From an uncultured Bacteroidota bacterium (GTDB lineage Bacteria; Bacteroidota; Bacteroidia; Bacteroidales; JAAUTT01), in NCBI GenBank assembly GCA_963846585.1, contig CAWJWO010000002.1, positions 263,592 to 327,591 of the forward strand: a DNA stretch of 64,000 bases. The letters are read 5' to 3'. Position numbers and translations under genes: made by a program. The notes under the pieces are model-generated. The model searched no databases, had not been told where the DNA came from, and saw only the letters and a list, made by a program, of their open reading frames with translations. Below, in pieces: positions 1 to 10,789 of this stretch (its first letter is position 1; each line of letters begins with the position of its first letter).

Positions 1-507
1 TATAATTGTTCTGGCCTGATCAACCGTTCCGGAAAAGCTATGAAATACACCTGATATATTTTTATTGGATATCTTTTCTCTTAAAATTTCAATTATGTGA
101 TCAAATGACTCACGACAATGTACTACAATTGGAAGCGATAATTCATATGCCCAATCAATCTGCCTGGAGAAAGCTTCTTTTTGTTCCTCTAAAAATTTTG
201 AATCCCAATATAAATCGATACCAATCTCCCCAATAGCTATGAATTTTGAGGAGTGTAAATTGCTGTATAAATTATCTAAATGATAAGAAAAATCTTCCTT
301 TACGTATGTTGGATGTAATCCTATCATTGGGAAACAATTTTCAGGATAACTGATACTTAATTCTAACATAGGTGCCAGTGTGGCAAGTTCTAAATTAGGC
401 ATTAGCATTTTAATAACCCCGCTGGAAAATGCCCTGTTCAAAGTTTCTGAACGGTCCGGTTGATAATCTGACAGGTATAAATGAGTATGCGTATCTATAA
501 AATTCAT
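1..507 (-). CDS. TatD family metal-dependent hydrolase/DNase (3-prime part cut by window edge)
   Basis: Absent from the ORF track because it runs off the window. Reverse translation from the ATG at 505-507 gives MNFIDTHTHLYLSDYQPDRSE...GLHPTYVKED...AIGEIGIDLYWD...LPIVVHCRESFD...GVFHSFSG. These are canonical TatD motifs, and the frame appeared open on a read-through translation back to position 1 (507 nt is exactly 169 codons; not every codon re-verified). Confidence 0.85.
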   Translation of the reverse strand, partial: MNFIDTHTHLYLSDYQPDRSETLNRAFSSGVIKMLMPNLELATLAPMLELSISYPENCFPMIGLHPTYVKEDFSYHLDNLYSNLHSSKFIAIGEIGIDLYWDSKFLEEQKEAFSRQIDWAYELSLPIVVHCRESFDHIIEILREKISNKNISGVFHSFSGTVDQARTII

Positions 508-654
508 CAATTTACCTTTAATAATGCAAACTTACAAAATTTGATGAATTGTTCTTAATAAAAGAAATATTTTAGAGGGACTATTTAAAAAATATTAAAT
601 ATTTTTGATAAAATACCAATTTTTTTGGGGTACATATTATATATTAAATTATTT

Positions 655-1773
655 TTAATTCCCATTAACAAGTTCCGATATTCCTGAAGTTGTTCCAAAC
701 CATATATTATCCTGTTTATCGGCTAAAATTGCCAGAACGGTATTGAATAACAAACCATTATTTGAAGTATAAGTTGTCCACGTAGTTCCATCAAATTTAG
801 AAACTCCTGCATCTGTTCCAAACCATTTGTTGCCATGATGATCAATAGTTACGGAAAAAACATTATTACTAACCAGCCCGACAGTAGTTTTTGCAGAAGT
901 ATTAGCTGTATTATACAATTTCCAGGTTGATGAGTCGACATTAAATTTCAATACCCCAACAGCGGTTCCAAACCATATGTTATTCCGGGCATCAACAACT
1001 GAAGCATAGATAACATTGCCATTTAAAATATTTGTTGTGTAATGTCTTTGTTTGAAATATCCGTCAGAAAATTTAAATACACCCCCTCCCAATGTTCCGA
1101 GAAACATAGTATCGTGAGCAAAAGAAATACATGTTATGGTATCTATTGTCAGTTTTTCCTCTTTGTTATAGTTAAACCATATAGTTTTATTATAAGATCC
1201 ATCATACTTTGGTTGAGATAAGCCACCGTATGTGCTAAACCATTTATTTCCCAAGGCATCAATAATACCTGCCCTGACTGTGTCATTTGCCAGACCATTG
1301 GCTATAGTATAATTTTCCCAGAGTAAAGTATCTTTAATAATAGTTAATGAATCTTTTCCATCATGACCAGTAGGGTCTTTGTAAGGAATTTTTGTAGTAT
1401 CTTTTACCGGTGTATTTAAATTTAAATATAAAACCCCGCCGCCATAGGTTCCAATCCATCCGTTTCCCTGTTTATCAAAGGCTATTGATGTAATAATATT
1501 TTTTGATGTACCATTGGTATCCGCGTTAGTGTATAGTGTCCATTTATTATTACTTACGGAATCAAGCAATATCCCCGTACCTGTTCCAAACCAGATTCTG
1601 CCACTGGAATCCATTGTGATACAATTTACATAAAAGTTTGTCAATCCTCCAACATTCACATAATTATTCCATTTTAAGGAACTACCTGATCCTGAATTAT
1701 TATCTTTCTTACAGGAATATATTATTACTGAAATAAATATCAGGCAAAACAAAAATATATTGTTAATTTTCAT
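655..1773 (-). CDS. Standalone Reg_prop (two-component regulator propeller) repeat lipoprotein
   Basis: 372-aa ORF with signal peptide and lipobox Cys (IIYSCKKD). Repeated beta-propeller blade motif W[FI]GT..G[VIL]..F (WFGTGTGILL, WIGTYGGGVLYL, WFGTAVGVLKF, WFGTDAGVSKFDG, WFGTTSGISEL). No kinase or HTH output domain. Confidence 0.8.
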   Translation of the reverse strand: MKINNIFLFCLIFISVIIYSCKKDNNSGSGSSLKWNNYVNVGGLTNFYVNCITMDSSGRIWFGTGTGILLDSVSNNKWTLYTNADTNGTSKNIITSIAFDKQGNGWIGTYGGGVLYLNLNTPVKDTTKIPYKDPTGHDGKDSLTIIKDTLLWENYTIANGLANDTVRAGIIDALGNKWFSTYGGLSQPKYDGSYNKTIWFNYNKEEKLTIDTITCISFAHDTMFLGTLGGGVFKFSDGYFKQRHYTTNILNGNVIYASVVDARNNIWFGTAVGVLKFNVDSSTWKLYNTANTSAKTTVGLVSNNVFSVTIDHHGNKWFGTDAGVSKFDGTTWTTYTSNNGLLFNTVLAILADKQDNIWFGTTSGISELVNGN

Positions 1774-1820
1774 ACGTAATTGAAGGTTATGTTTTAAGTC
1801 ACAGATTATAGGTAAATTAA

Positions 1821-1951
1821 GTGATTAAGTGATTAAGTGATTAAGTGAAATAAATTTTATAAAAATGAACATATAAACGCATAAACATATAAACCTTATA
1901 AACTTTATAAACCTTATAAACCTCATAAACTCATTTTCAAATTTTCAAATT
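1821..1951. repeat. Intergenic tandem-repeat mosaic: (GTGATTAA)n + (YATAAAC-type 9-mers)n + (ATTTTCA)n
   Basis: 1821-1848 gtgattaa x3.5. 1871-1932 atataaacgcataaacatataaaccttataaactttataaaccttataaacctcataaactc. 1933-1951 attttcaaattttcaaatt. Confidence 0.9.
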
Positions 1952-2996
1952 ATTTTCCAGCTAAAATTTCCGTTACCCCCATTGTAGTACCTATCCATGC
2001 ATTACCTTGTTTATCGCATACAATAGCGTTAACAGTTGTCCCTATAAGTCCATTATCTATAGTATAGGTTGTCCATTGCGCGCCATTAAATTTAGTTACA
2101 CCTCCACCGGTTCCAAACCATGTATTTCCCTTTAAATCGAAGGCAATAGACGTTACCCAAATTGTCCCAAGGCCGTTAATGTTTGCATAGTTTTCCCAAT
2201 GATTGTTTTTAGTATATTCCGACACACCCCCATCCGTTCCAATCCATTTATTTCCCTGGGCATCTATTTCAATACAACTTACTCCGTTATTGACTAAACT
2301 GTCATTTGTTGTGTAAAATTTTTGTATTGTATCTGTTTTATTTTGATACACAGCAACAGCAACCCCATAAATGGTACCAAACCATTTATTACCCTCGGCA
2401 TCTATAGATATGCCATAAGAACGTAAAGTATCTGGTTTTACAACAGTATCAATGAAGTTTGTCCATTGAGTACCATCAAATTTTGAAATTCCAAAATTTG
2501 TTGCTACCCACTTAACTCCTGCATTATCTATTGCAATTGAATAAATACTTAAAGTATCCACTCTGGGATAAGGAATTTTTATAATAGTATCTTTCCCATT
2601 AATGGTATCTGTATTGCTATGAATTTCATGCAAAGTATCCAGAGGAAAGGTCGTTGACCACGATCCATTAAATTCTGTTAATCCGCGTGTAGTGCCAAAC
2701 CATAAATTTCCATTCGGATCAATGGCAATAGTGTGAACAATATTATTAAATAAACCATTTTGAGTATTAGTTTTATTATAAGTTGTCCAGTGAGTGCCAT
2801 CAAATTCAGTTACACCATAATTAGTCCCAAACCATATATTATTGTTTCCGTCAATTGCAATTGCATTAATATAATTTCCAGCCAATCCGCTGGCCGTAGT
2901 ATATGAAGGCCATGCTGAAGTTTTGGTTTTACTGCAGGAAATGCCTATTAATAAAGCTAATCCTGACAAAATAAATTTTAAAACCGTTTTCACCAT
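1950..2996 (-). CDS. Standalone Reg_prop repeat lipoprotein (paralog)
   Basis: 348-aa ORF with lipoprotein signal (LLIGISCSK). Blades WFGTNYGVTEFDG, WFGTTRGLTEFNG, WVATNFGISKFDG, WFGTIYGV, WIGTDGGVSEY, WFGTGGGVTKFNG, WIGTTMGVTEI. Confidence 0.8.
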   Translation of the reverse strand: MVKTVLKFILSGLALLIGISCSKTKTSAWPSYTTASGLAGNYINAIAIDGNNNIWFGTNYGVTEFDGTHWTTYNKTNTQNGLFNNIVHTIAIDPNGNLWFGTTRGLTEFNGSWSTTFPLDTLHEIHSNTDTINGKDTIIKIPYPRVDTLSIYSIAIDNAGVKWVATNFGISKFDGTQWTNFIDTVVKPDTLRSYGISIDAEGNKWFGTIYGVAVAVYQNKTDTIQKFYTTNDSLVNNGVSCIEIDAQGNKWIGTDGGVSEYTKNNHWENYANINGLGTIWVTSIAFDLKGNTWFGTGGGVTKFNGAQWTTYTIDNGLIGTTVNAIVCDKQGNAWIGTTMGVTEILAGK

Positions 2997-3087
2997 AATC
3001 TATATCTGTAACAAAAGTAGTTAAATTTTATAACTCAATGTATTTCCATTTATTGTACAATAAATAAAATGAATATAATGTTTGGAA

Positions 3088-4740
3088 TTATTTAGATTTA
3101 CTAACATATTTCAACCTTAAAATATTAAGAGGATTACCTGAAAACCCTTTTATTGAAATTGGGCAAAAACGGACAGCCTGGTCATAATATAACGGCACTA
3201 TAGCAGCCTCCTGAACAATAATCCCATTCATTTTCCTGTATAATTCAATACGCTGCCGTTGATTACTGCAAATTGTTGCTTTTTCAAAATAACTATCGAA
3301 CAGCATATTTTTAAAATGACTATTGTTAGGGCCTTTAGGGCTGAAATTATGACTGTAAAACAGGGAAAGGTAATTTTCAGCGTCAGGATAATCGGCTATC
3401 CAGGAAGCCCTGTAAAATGATACTTTTGAATTTGCCACCATTTCGCGAAATGTTGCTCCGATACTTACTTCTATTTTCAAAGGGATGCCAACCTGTGCCA
3501 GATCATGTTGTATAAACTCGCATAAATCAAGGTAATCAGAGGTAGTATGCAGGGTGATCTCTGGCAGCCCTTTTCCATCAGGGAATCCGATCTCAGCAAG
3601 AAGTTGCCTTGCCTTATCCGGATTGTAACAATAACCTTCTGTATTCTCAGTATAACCCGGTAATCCTTTTGGTATAATACCCCATAATGCCTGGGTTCCA
3701 CAATTATTACGAAGATATTTCAGCATTTTTGCCCTGTCAAAGGATAAATTAATTGCCTTTCTTAAATTTTTATTCAACATCGGGTTACCCTTTAATTTTG
3801 ACGAATCGAGCATAAAACCTAAATATTCTGTATTTAAAAATGGTGAAACAATCATTCTGAACCTACTGGCATATTTAGGATTTAACTTTCCATTCCGTGT
3901 GATCAATTCATCCTTGTACACTGTTTGTACTCCTGATAAAAAATCGAGGTTACCCTTCATAAATTCAAGAAATTCTGATTGCTTGTCCTTTATAAATGTG
4001 ATCGCTATCGCATCAAGATACGGCAAACAATTACCAGAGGAATCTTTTTCAAAATAATTTGGGTTTTTTATTAATATGAGTTTCTCTCCCTCCTTCCACA
4101 TTTTAAACAGGAAAGGTCCCGACCCTATCGGATGGCTCCTGAAATCGGAGCCAAAATATTCTATTGCCTCGTGTGGTACAATTGATGTGTATGGCATAGA
4201 AAGCAATTCTGTAAAAGCTGCAAATGGTTTTTTCAGGCGGATACCGAACATAGAATCATTAAAAACCTCAAATCCCTTGTCTTTATATGTTTGATTAATG
4301 TTTTCAAATATCCATGATCCGGGTGAAGCAACTGCAGGGTCAATCAGCCTTTTGTAGCTAAATACTACGTCCCGGGATGTTAGTTTTCTTCCTTTGCCTG
4401 ATTGAAATATAGGATTGTTGTGAAAATAAACATCATTTCTCAAATAGAACGTGTACTCAAGTCCATCTTTTGAAATATCGTAATTCCTGGCCAATGAAGG
4501 ATGTATCTTCAATGAATCGTCAATTTCGAAAAGACGGTTAAAAAGCTGGAATACAACCCTCATATGCCTTTCATTGCTGGCAAATGCCGGATCTAATGAA
4601 TTAATCCCCTGCGTTTCGTTATACCTGAAAACAGTTCGTTTGTCATTATACTTTACATTGTAAGAACATGATATACATAGAAATATAATAGAAATAATAG
4701 AAATCTTAATAAGATTCATGTTTTCGAAATATAACTTCAC
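3088..4740 (-). CDS. ABC transporter substrate-binding protein, family 5 (peptide/oligopeptide-binding-like) lipoprotein
   Basis: 550-aa ORF with lipobox FLCISCSY. SBP_bac_5-type segments: FRYNETQGINSLDPAFA, LARNYDISKDGLEYTFYLRNDVYFHN, IKNPNYFEKD, ASWIADYPDAENYL. The start may be the internal Met at 4719. No permease or ATPase gene adjacent. Confidence 0.8.
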   Translation of the reverse strand: MKLYFENMNLIKISIISIIFLCISCSYNVKYNDKRTVFRYNETQGINSLDPAFASNERHMRVVFQLFNRLFEIDDSLKIHPSLARNYDISKDGLEYTFYLRNDVYFHNNPIFQSGKGRKLTSRDVVFSYKRLIDPAVASPGSWIFENINQTYKDKGFEVFNDSMFGIRLKKPFAAFTELLSMPYTSIVPHEAIEYFGSDFRSHPIGSGPFLFKMWKEGEKLILIKNPNYFEKDSSGNCLPYLDAIAITFIKDKQSEFLEFMKGNLDFLSGVQTVYKDELITRNGKLNPKYASRFRMIVSPFLNTEYLGFMLDSSKLKGNPMLNKNLRKAINLSFDRAKMLKYLRNNCGTQALWGIIPKGLPGYTENTEGYCYNPDKARQLLAEIGFPDGKGLPEITLHTTSDYLDLCEFIQHDLAQVGIPLKIEVSIGATFREMVANSKVSFYRASWIADYPDAENYLSLFYSHNFSPKGPNNSHFKNMLFDSYFEKATICSNQRQRIELYRKMNGIIVQEAAIVPLYYDQAVRFCPISIKGFSGNPLNILRLKYVSKSK

Positions 4741-4847
4741 TAATATAACAATTTTGCATAATACAATTATTTATAAATTTGCACATTTGCACATTATCAC
4801 ATCTGCACATAATCTTTATTAATTTTGTAAGAATTGCAAAATCCACT

Positions 4848-6275
4848 ATGCATAAATATTTAAAGCATCCCATTTTTAATGTAATCTCTGAAATAGCAGA
4901 TAAGGAAAATTTGGAAGTATATGTTGTAGGTGGATACGTCAGGGATGCATTATTACACAGATTTTCAAACGACATAGATATAGCTGTTGTAGGTAATGGC
5001 ATAAATTTAGCTAAAAAAGTTGCCAATAAAATTGGAGATAACACCAATGTAACTGTTTTTAAAAATTTTGGCACAGCAATGCTTAAATACATGGGTTGTG
5101 AAATAGAATTCGTTGGAGCCAGAAAAGAATCCTACAGGCTCAACTCACGAAAACCCATAGTTGAAAATGGGACACTTAAGGACGACCAGGAAAGAAGGGA
5201 CTTTACAATAAATGCACTGGCAATTAGCCTGGGTAAAGAAAATTTTGGAGAACTTATTGATCCGTTTGGAGGAATTGATGACTTAAAGAAAAAGATTATC
5301 CGTACACCTCTGGCTCCTGACACCACCTTTTCTGATGACCCGCTTCGTATGATAAGGGCCGTTCGTTTTGCAACACAGCTTAATTTTAATATTGAAGGGC
5401 CGACTTTTGAATCAATAATTAAGAACAATACAAGGATTCAAATAGTATCAAAGGAACGCATTTCTGATGAATTACAAAAAATAATACTTTCACCTAAACC
5501 TTCCCTGGGTTTTCATTTACTAGATCAAAGCGATCTGTTACAATTAATATTTCCTCTTTTAGCAAATCTAAAAGGAGTGGAAGTTATTAATGGACAGTCG
5601 CATAAAGATAATTTTGTTCACAGCCTCAAGGTTCTGGATAATATTTGCAAATTAACTGATAATGTTTGGCTGCGTTGGGCTGCATTATTGCATGATATAG
5701 CTAAACCAATTACAAAAAAATATAATCCGGTACAAGGATGGTCTTTTCATGGACATGAATACCTCGGAGCAAAAATGATCCCTGAAATTTTTAAGGAATT
5801 AAAGCTGCCATTAAATGAGAAAATGAGGTATGTCCAGAAGATGGTGCTATTGCATTTACGTCCAATTGTACTGGCCAACGAAGTAGTAACTGATTCTGCG
5901 GTTCGCAGGTTATTATTCGATGCAGGTGAGGATATAAACGATCTGATGTTCCTTTGTCAGGCGGATATTACTTCAGGCAATAAAGATACAGTAAAAAAAT
6001 ATCTGGCAAATTTCGAATTGGTAAATCAAAAACTAAAAGAATTAGAAGAACATGATACAATTAGAAATTTTCGCCCGCCTATTAATGGCGACGATATAAT
6101 TAAATTTTTTGGAATTAAACCTTGCAGGGAAATAGGAATAATCAAAAACGCTATAAAAGATGCAATATTGGATGGAGTGATATCAAATAATTATGACGAA
6201 GCTTATAAATTTATGATTGAAGCAGCAAGGGGCCTGGGGCTTGAAGTTAAGAACAAGCATAATATTGATTATTGA
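4848..6275 (+). CDS. cca: tRNA nucleotidyltransferase (CCA-adding) / poly(A) polymerase family protein with HD domain
   Basis: GGYVRD...DIDIAV...RRDFTINALA...DPLRMIRAVRFATQLNF head domain plus an HD motif (LLHDIAKP). The track ORF begins at 4779, but the conserved N-terminus MHKYLKHPIF starts at the ATG at 4848. Confidence 0.85.
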   Translation: MHKYLKHPIFNVISEIADKENLEVYVVGGYVRDALLHRFSNDIDIAVVGNGINLAKKVANKIGDNTNVTVFKNFGTAMLKYMGCEIEFVGARKESYRLNSRKPIVENGTLKDDQERRDFTINALAISLGKENFGELIDPFGGIDDLKKKIIRTPLAPDTTFSDDPLRMIRAVRFATQLNFNIEGPTFESIIKNNTRIQIVSKERISDELQKIILSPKPSLGFHLLDQSDLLQLIFPLLANLKGVEVINGQSHKDNFVHSLKVLDNICKLTDNVWLRWAALLHDIAKPITKKYNPVQGWSFHGHEYLGAKMIPEIFKELKLPLNEKMRYVQKMVLLHLRPIVLANEVVTDSAVRRLLFDAGEDINDLMFLCQADITSGNKDTVKKYLANFELVNQKLKELEEHDTIRNFRPPINGDDIIKFFGIKPCREIGIIKNAIKDAILDGVISNNYDEAYKFMIEAARGLGLEVKNKHNIDY

Positions 6276-6276
6276 G

Positions 6277-6292
6277 AACCAGGAACCAGGAT
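6277..6292. repeat. Short (GAACCAG)2 repeat, reverse orientation of the CTTGGYTC module
   Basis: gaaccaggaaccagga immediately after the cca stop codon. Confidence 0.6.
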
Positions 6293-6419
6293 ATAAATCT
6301 TTAGTAATTTAACCTCCGGTTATCTAAATAAAAGACAAGTTAAAATTAAATAATGGTATAAGAAATTAGTAGCTAATACTTCTTAATAAAAGTGATATAA
6401 TTCAACTTATTAATATTTA

Positions 6420-8786
6420 TCATCTCCATTTGAATGTATATGTTACTGACGGTATAATTGGTAATAAACTTCCATATGTAATATGTAGATTGTTAGGTGG
6501 ACCGTCAAAATACATATAAACCGGATTTTTACGGTCATATGCATTAAAAATATCAAAGCTCCACATATGAACCCCATAGCGGTTTCTCGTTTTACGATGA
6601 ATTCCAATATCAAGTCTATGATATGCAGGCAATCTGCAATTATTAAGTGTTGGGTAATAATATATTTGACCATCAAGCGGGCTATTGGTTGTACCAATTA
6701 ACAAATCAGGTACATATTGTTCAACCGGAATAGTAACCGGATAACCTGTACCATAAACCCACATAGCAGATGCATCCCATTTCTCTGAAAATTTATAATT
6801 GACAAAAATATTAAAGTCATTCAAACGGTCATACGAAAAAGGGAAGGTGGTGCCATTGTTCAAATCAGGATAAGTTCTGTCAGAGGAAGATAAAGTATAA
6901 TTTATGCTGCCTGTAATACGTCCATGTTGTTTTTCTATGGATAATTCAATTCCTTTTGCAATTCCTGTGCCTTGAGTAACTTGTTCGTACCATGGAACAA
7001 ATTGAGCAATTATTGATGCTCCGTTTTTATAATCTGTTGTATTATACAACCATTTATAGTAAGTTTCTATTGAAATAAGCAATGTTTTATTCCAATTGAA
7101 AGCTAAACCAATGTTAACCTGATCTGATTTAAGCGGATTTACTCCATTTGTTGCCGGAACCCAGATATCAGTAGGCCAACTAACATTATACATACTTAAA
7201 AGATGCATATATTGAACCATACGTGAACAACCTGTCTTAATAACTAAACCTGGCGAAATGCTATAATTAACAGATAACCTTGGCTCAGGATTAATAATTG
7301 ATTCTGTTTTAGAAATGAATCCACTGAAGCGTATACCTGCATTAATCTTAATTTTAGTATTTGGTTTTATTTCATCCTCAATATAACAATATGGCTCATT
7401 GGCATGAATTATTGCATTCGCGAAAGTGGTATCAGTTGTAGTTTTTAGGTATTGATCATTTTCATTATAATTGTCTTTACCAGGATTAAAAATATGAAAA
7501 GTATTTCCTGCTCCAAATTTTAATAATTGATTATTTGAAAGGGAATATTCAAAATCAGTTTTAGTAATAACATCAGTAATTTGCGAAGAATAATCAGCTA
7601 AATAGTTACGGGAAACAGTATTTGTGTCAAGGATTTCTTTACTGTTGTAGTGTTCCTGGGTAAAATAATTGTATTTACTATATGCTAAAGTGGTGTTTGA
7701 GAAAAGGCTGTTTCCAAAAGTGTGGTTCCATCTGACAGAACCAATCAAATTTCCCCAGCCGGATGTTTCCAGGGTGCTTTCCGTATATTGTTCATTTGTA
7801 CTTATTATTTCATCGTTATTATTTGTATTTTGAATATTGTCTTTTCCCATATAAAAACAAAGGTATATTCGGTCGTGTCTCGAAAATGTGTGGGACATAC
7901 TGGCATTCAAATCATAAAAATAATAGTCAGGAAAACCGGGATCTACGATACCTGATCTTTTAAGAGGTCCAGTAAACAAATCAAAATACGACCTTCTTCC
8001 CGAAATCATAAAGGTTGTTTTATTATTAAATAATGGACCTTGAACAGTAAATCTTGATGAAATAAGTCCAACTGATACTTCAGCTTTTACAATTTTATTG
8101 TTTCCATCAAGACTGCGTACATCTATCACGGATGATGTTCTTCCTCCATATTGAGCGGGAAAATTACCTTTTAGCAGTTCAACATCTTTAACAGCACTAA
8201 CGTTAAAAGCACTAAAAAAACCATATAAGTGGCTTACATTATAAATTGGAACATCGTCCAATAAAAAAAGGTTTTCACCTGCTCCACCACCTCTGACAAA
8301 TATTCCTGCAGAACCTTCTAATCCTCCCTTAATACCAGGCTGACTTTGAATCGATTTTAACAAATCGGCTTCACCTAAAGCAGGAATTGAAGTAAGCAAT
8401 TGAATGGGTATTAACTTAATACCCAATGGTGTATTTTCGTCCCGATTATATTGCGAACCTTCAATAATAACTTCCTGAATTTCACTTACAGGATAAATTG
8501 AAAATAAAACCATTGTATCATGGTCTAATTCCAAATACTTCACCTGAGATTTATATCCAAGATAGGTTGCTTTAAGAGCTAACTTACCTTGAGTAGTGTT
8601 CAAATGGTAAAAACCGAAATTATTAGATATTGTGCCTTTTTTACTAATGCTATCTATAACATAAGCACCTGATATTCTTTCTCCGGTTTTAAGATCTTCA
8701 ATATAACCAGAAATTGAATAATTTTGTGATTTAGCAATTTGAATTATTAATAAAAAGAAAACAAATATTTTGATTTTCATTAACAA
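6420..8786 (-). CDS. TonB-dependent receptor with N-terminal CarboxypepD_reg-like domain
   Basis: 788-aa ORF with signal peptide. Carboxypeptidase-regulatory-like N-domain (YSISGYIEDLKTGERISGAYV), plug segment (GIFVRGGGAGENLFLLDDVPIYN), long beta-barrel with an aromatic C-terminus (YTFKWR). Confidence 0.9.
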   Translation of the reverse strand: MLMKIKIFVFFLLIIQIAKSQNYSISGYIEDLKTGERISGAYVIDSISKKGTISNNFGFYHLNTTQGKLALKATYLGYKSQVKYLELDHDTMVLFSIYPVSEIQEVIIEGSQYNRDENTPLGIKLIPIQLLTSIPALGEADLLKSIQSQPGIKGGLEGSAGIFVRGGGAGENLFLLDDVPIYNVSHLYGFFSAFNVSAVKDVELLKGNFPAQYGGRTSSVIDVRSLDGNNKIVKAEVSVGLISSRFTVQGPLFNNKTTFMISGRRSYFDLFTGPLKRSGIVDPGFPDYYFYDLNASMSHTFSRHDRIYLCFYMGKDNIQNTNNNDEIISTNEQYTESTLETSGWGNLIGSVRWNHTFGNSLFSNTTLAYSKYNYFTQEHYNSKEILDTNTVSRNYLADYSSQITDVITKTDFEYSLSNNQLLKFGAGNTFHIFNPGKDNYNENDQYLKTTTDTTFANAIIHANEPYCYIEDEIKPNTKIKINAGIRFSGFISKTESIINPEPRLSVNYSISPGLVIKTGCSRMVQYMHLLSMYNVSWPTDIWVPATNGVNPLKSDQVNIGLAFNWNKTLLISIETYYKWLYNTTDYKNGASIIAQFVPWYEQVTQGTGIAKGIELSIEKQHGRITGSINYTLSSSDRTYPDLNNGTTFPFSYDRLNDFNIFVNYKFSEKWDASAMWVYGTGYPVTIPVEQYVPDLLIGTTNSPLDGQIYYYPTLNNCRLPAYHRLDIGIHRKTRNRYGVHMWSFDIFNAYDRKNPVYMYFDGPPNNLHITYGSLLPIIPSVTYTFKWR

Positions 8787-8811
8787 AAAATATATTTATT
8801 GATATGGTTTA

Positions 8812-9726
8812 TTAATAAAATACTATAGAATCGCATGAAACACCTGCACCTTCAAATATTCCATATCCTTCCTGTATGTTGGAAAATACCTGTGTAGGTT
8901 CGGCCAATGGGTTATTGTAATTAGTATAATAAAGATTAAGTGATTGGATATATTTAAAATAATCTTCAGTAATGGAATAAAGTTTAAAATAAAGTACCTT
9001 TTTAACAGGTGTATATGTACCGCCATAATCCCAAAAAGGATATCCAATGTCCTTACCATTAATTATTAACCTTGATACATGTGGCTTGCCATTGAAAGTT
9101 TTATCGGAAAATGCAAACCCGGCTAATATTGATCCACTATATAAATATTCTTCTATTGCCGGATCCTGAACTTGGCCATTAGTAGGCATAAAAATTAAAT
9201 AATAGTTTTGTTCGTTTGCCGGATCGTTGAACACTATATCAAATATCATATCCACATTACTTTCATACCAAGGATTTGAGATTATAACGCGAGATGTATC
9301 AACTCGTACAATTTTCACAATATTTGGAATTGTTGTAATGGCTGTAACTTCAGGTTTCCCAAATGCATCGACCTTAATTTTATATTGATAGCCGGGTTTT
9401 GGGTAAAAGAGTTTTGAACTATAATTATATAGTAAATACCCTGCAGAAGAATGATATTTATATGAATAGTTGTAACTAAGTGAATCAAGAAAAGTATTGT
9501 TTTCATAAATCACTGCTTTAGCATTCGTTATTTCAGATAAAGAATTGTTAACTGAAGTGTCTTGAAAAACATAAGCACTGGTAGTTATATTAGCACCAAT
9601 AAGGCTATCTGATGTAAGAAGACTATTTATAACAATTTTTCTACCTGTATCAGGAATATCAATTTTTTCAGGCTGACAGGATAAAAATGTTAAAATAATA
9701 AAAAGATTAAAAATTATTTTATCCAC
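8812..9726 (-). CDS. DUF4249-like lipoprotein (partner of the TonB-dependent receptor)
   Basis: The track ORF is 8812-9804, but its first 26 codons overlap the upstream gene. A GTG at 9724-9726 gives the typical lipoprotein signal (M)DKIIFNLFIILTFLSC. The C-terminal NIQEGYGIFEGAG motif and the position beside a CarboxypepD_reg TonB receptor match my memory of the DUF4249 family. Not verified by search. Confidence 0.6.
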   Translation of the reverse strand: MDKIIFNLFIILTFLSCQPEKIDIPDTGRKIVINSLLTSDSLIGANITTSAYVFQDTSVNNSLSEITNAKAVIYENNTFLDSLSYNYSYKYHSSAGYLLYNYSSKLFYPKPGYQYKIKVDAFGKPEVTAITTIPNIVKIVRVDTSRVIISNPWYESNVDMIFDIVFNDPANEQNYYLIFMPTNGQVQDPAIEEYLYSGSILAGFAFSDKTFNGKPHVSRLIINGKDIGYPFWDYGGTYTPVKKVLYFKLYSITEDYFKYIQSLNLYYTNYNNPLAEPTQVFSNIQEGYGIFEGAGVSCDSIVFY

Positions 9727-9757
9727 TTGTTTTTTATAATGTATTATTTCAATTGAA

Positions 9758-10750
9758 TTAATTACTGCCATTAAGTAATGAAACACCACCGCCTGCAATA
9801 CCAACCCATTTATTATTTTTGGAATCGATACACATGGATAAGATCGGACCTAAATTTGTATATGCTGTCCAAATAGTTCCACCGAATACAGATATTCCAT
9901 CATCAGTTCCAACCCAAATATTACCCCTGGTATCTATAGAAATGCAGTTAACCCGGTCAGATATTAAAGTAAGGCTGTCATTATTTGCTAAACCATTTAT
10001 TTTGTTTTTCGTAAAGGTGATCCAATTTGTGCCGTCAAATTGTGTTACACCATAATTTGTTGTACCAAACCATTTTGTATTATGGGAATCAATGGCAATA
10101 GCAGAAATATTATTTTTTGTCGATCCTGAATAAGTATTCCAATTAGTTCCATCAAATTCTGAAATTCCACCGGATATTGTACCGAACCATTTATTATTTT
10201 GATTATCGATGGCAATAGCAGAAACTTTATTACTTACCAGTCCTTCCTCAGTTGTATAAGTTGTCCAGTTTGTACCATTATATTTTGTAACTCCAGCATC
10301 AGTATACGATAAAAAGGCATATCCAAACCATTTATTTCCCTCTTTATCAATGGCAATTGAAGTAACAGTATCACTTGCTAATCCATCGGATTTGTGGTAA
10401 GTAGTCCATGTGGTACCATTAAATTTAGATAGTCCTCCAAAAGTTCCAAGCCATAGATTATTCAGGGAATCTACAATCATGGCACGGACATTATTATTTG
10501 CCAATCCATTACTTGTAGTATACGTAGTAAAGGTTTTACCATCAAATTTTGATAACCCGTTATAAGTTCCAAACCATTTGTTGCCGTTCAAATCTATGGC
10601 TATAGCCGATACACTAGAATTGACCAATCCATTAATCATATTATAATTTATCCAATTCGTATTGTCTTCCTTTTTGCATGAAAAAACGACAATAACCAAG
10701 GTCAACAAAATAAGTTTTGAATTTTTCATAATTTTTAAAATTAAAATCAC
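9758..10750 (-). CDS. Standalone Reg_prop repeat lipoprotein (third paralog)
   Basis: 330-aa ORF with lipobox VVFSCKKE. Blades WFGTYNGLSKFDG, WLGTFGGLSKFNG, WFGTISGGISEFDG, WFGTTNYGVTQFDG, WVGTDDGISVFGG, WVGIAGGGVSLL. Probable start is the Met at 10729. Confidence 0.8.
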   Translation of the reverse strand: MILILKIMKNSKLILLTLVIVVFSCKKEDNTNWINYNMINGLVNSSVSAIAIDLNGNKWFGTYNGLSKFDGKTFTTYTTSNGLANNNVRAMIVDSLNNLWLGTFGGLSKFNGTTWTTYHKSDGLASDTVTSIAIDKEGNKWFGYAFLSYTDAGVTKYNGTNWTTYTTEEGLVSNKVSAIAIDNQNNKWFGTISGGISEFDGTNWNTYSGSTKNNISAIAIDSHNTKWFGTTNYGVTQFDGTNWITFTKNKINGLANNDSLTLISDRVNCISIDTRGNIWVGTDDGISVFGGTIWTAYTNLGPILSMCIDSKNNKWVGIAGGGVSLLNGSN

Positions 10751-10789
10751 TAATTCATTATAAGGGTAATAATTTATATAATTAATTTA

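Noticed and set aside
6-236. 76-aa plus-strand ORF at the window start
   Set aside because: It lies antisense inside the clearly recognisable TatD-family gene (1-507, minus strand) and has no recognisable motifs.
3048-3065. Perfect 18-bp palindrome atttattgtacaataaat about 50 bp upstream of the Reg_prop gene start at 2996 (possible operator)
   Set aside because: It is entirely A/T-rich apart from the centre. In 64 kb of AT-rich DNA, one such palindrome is roughly expected by chance, and there is no second copy in the window.
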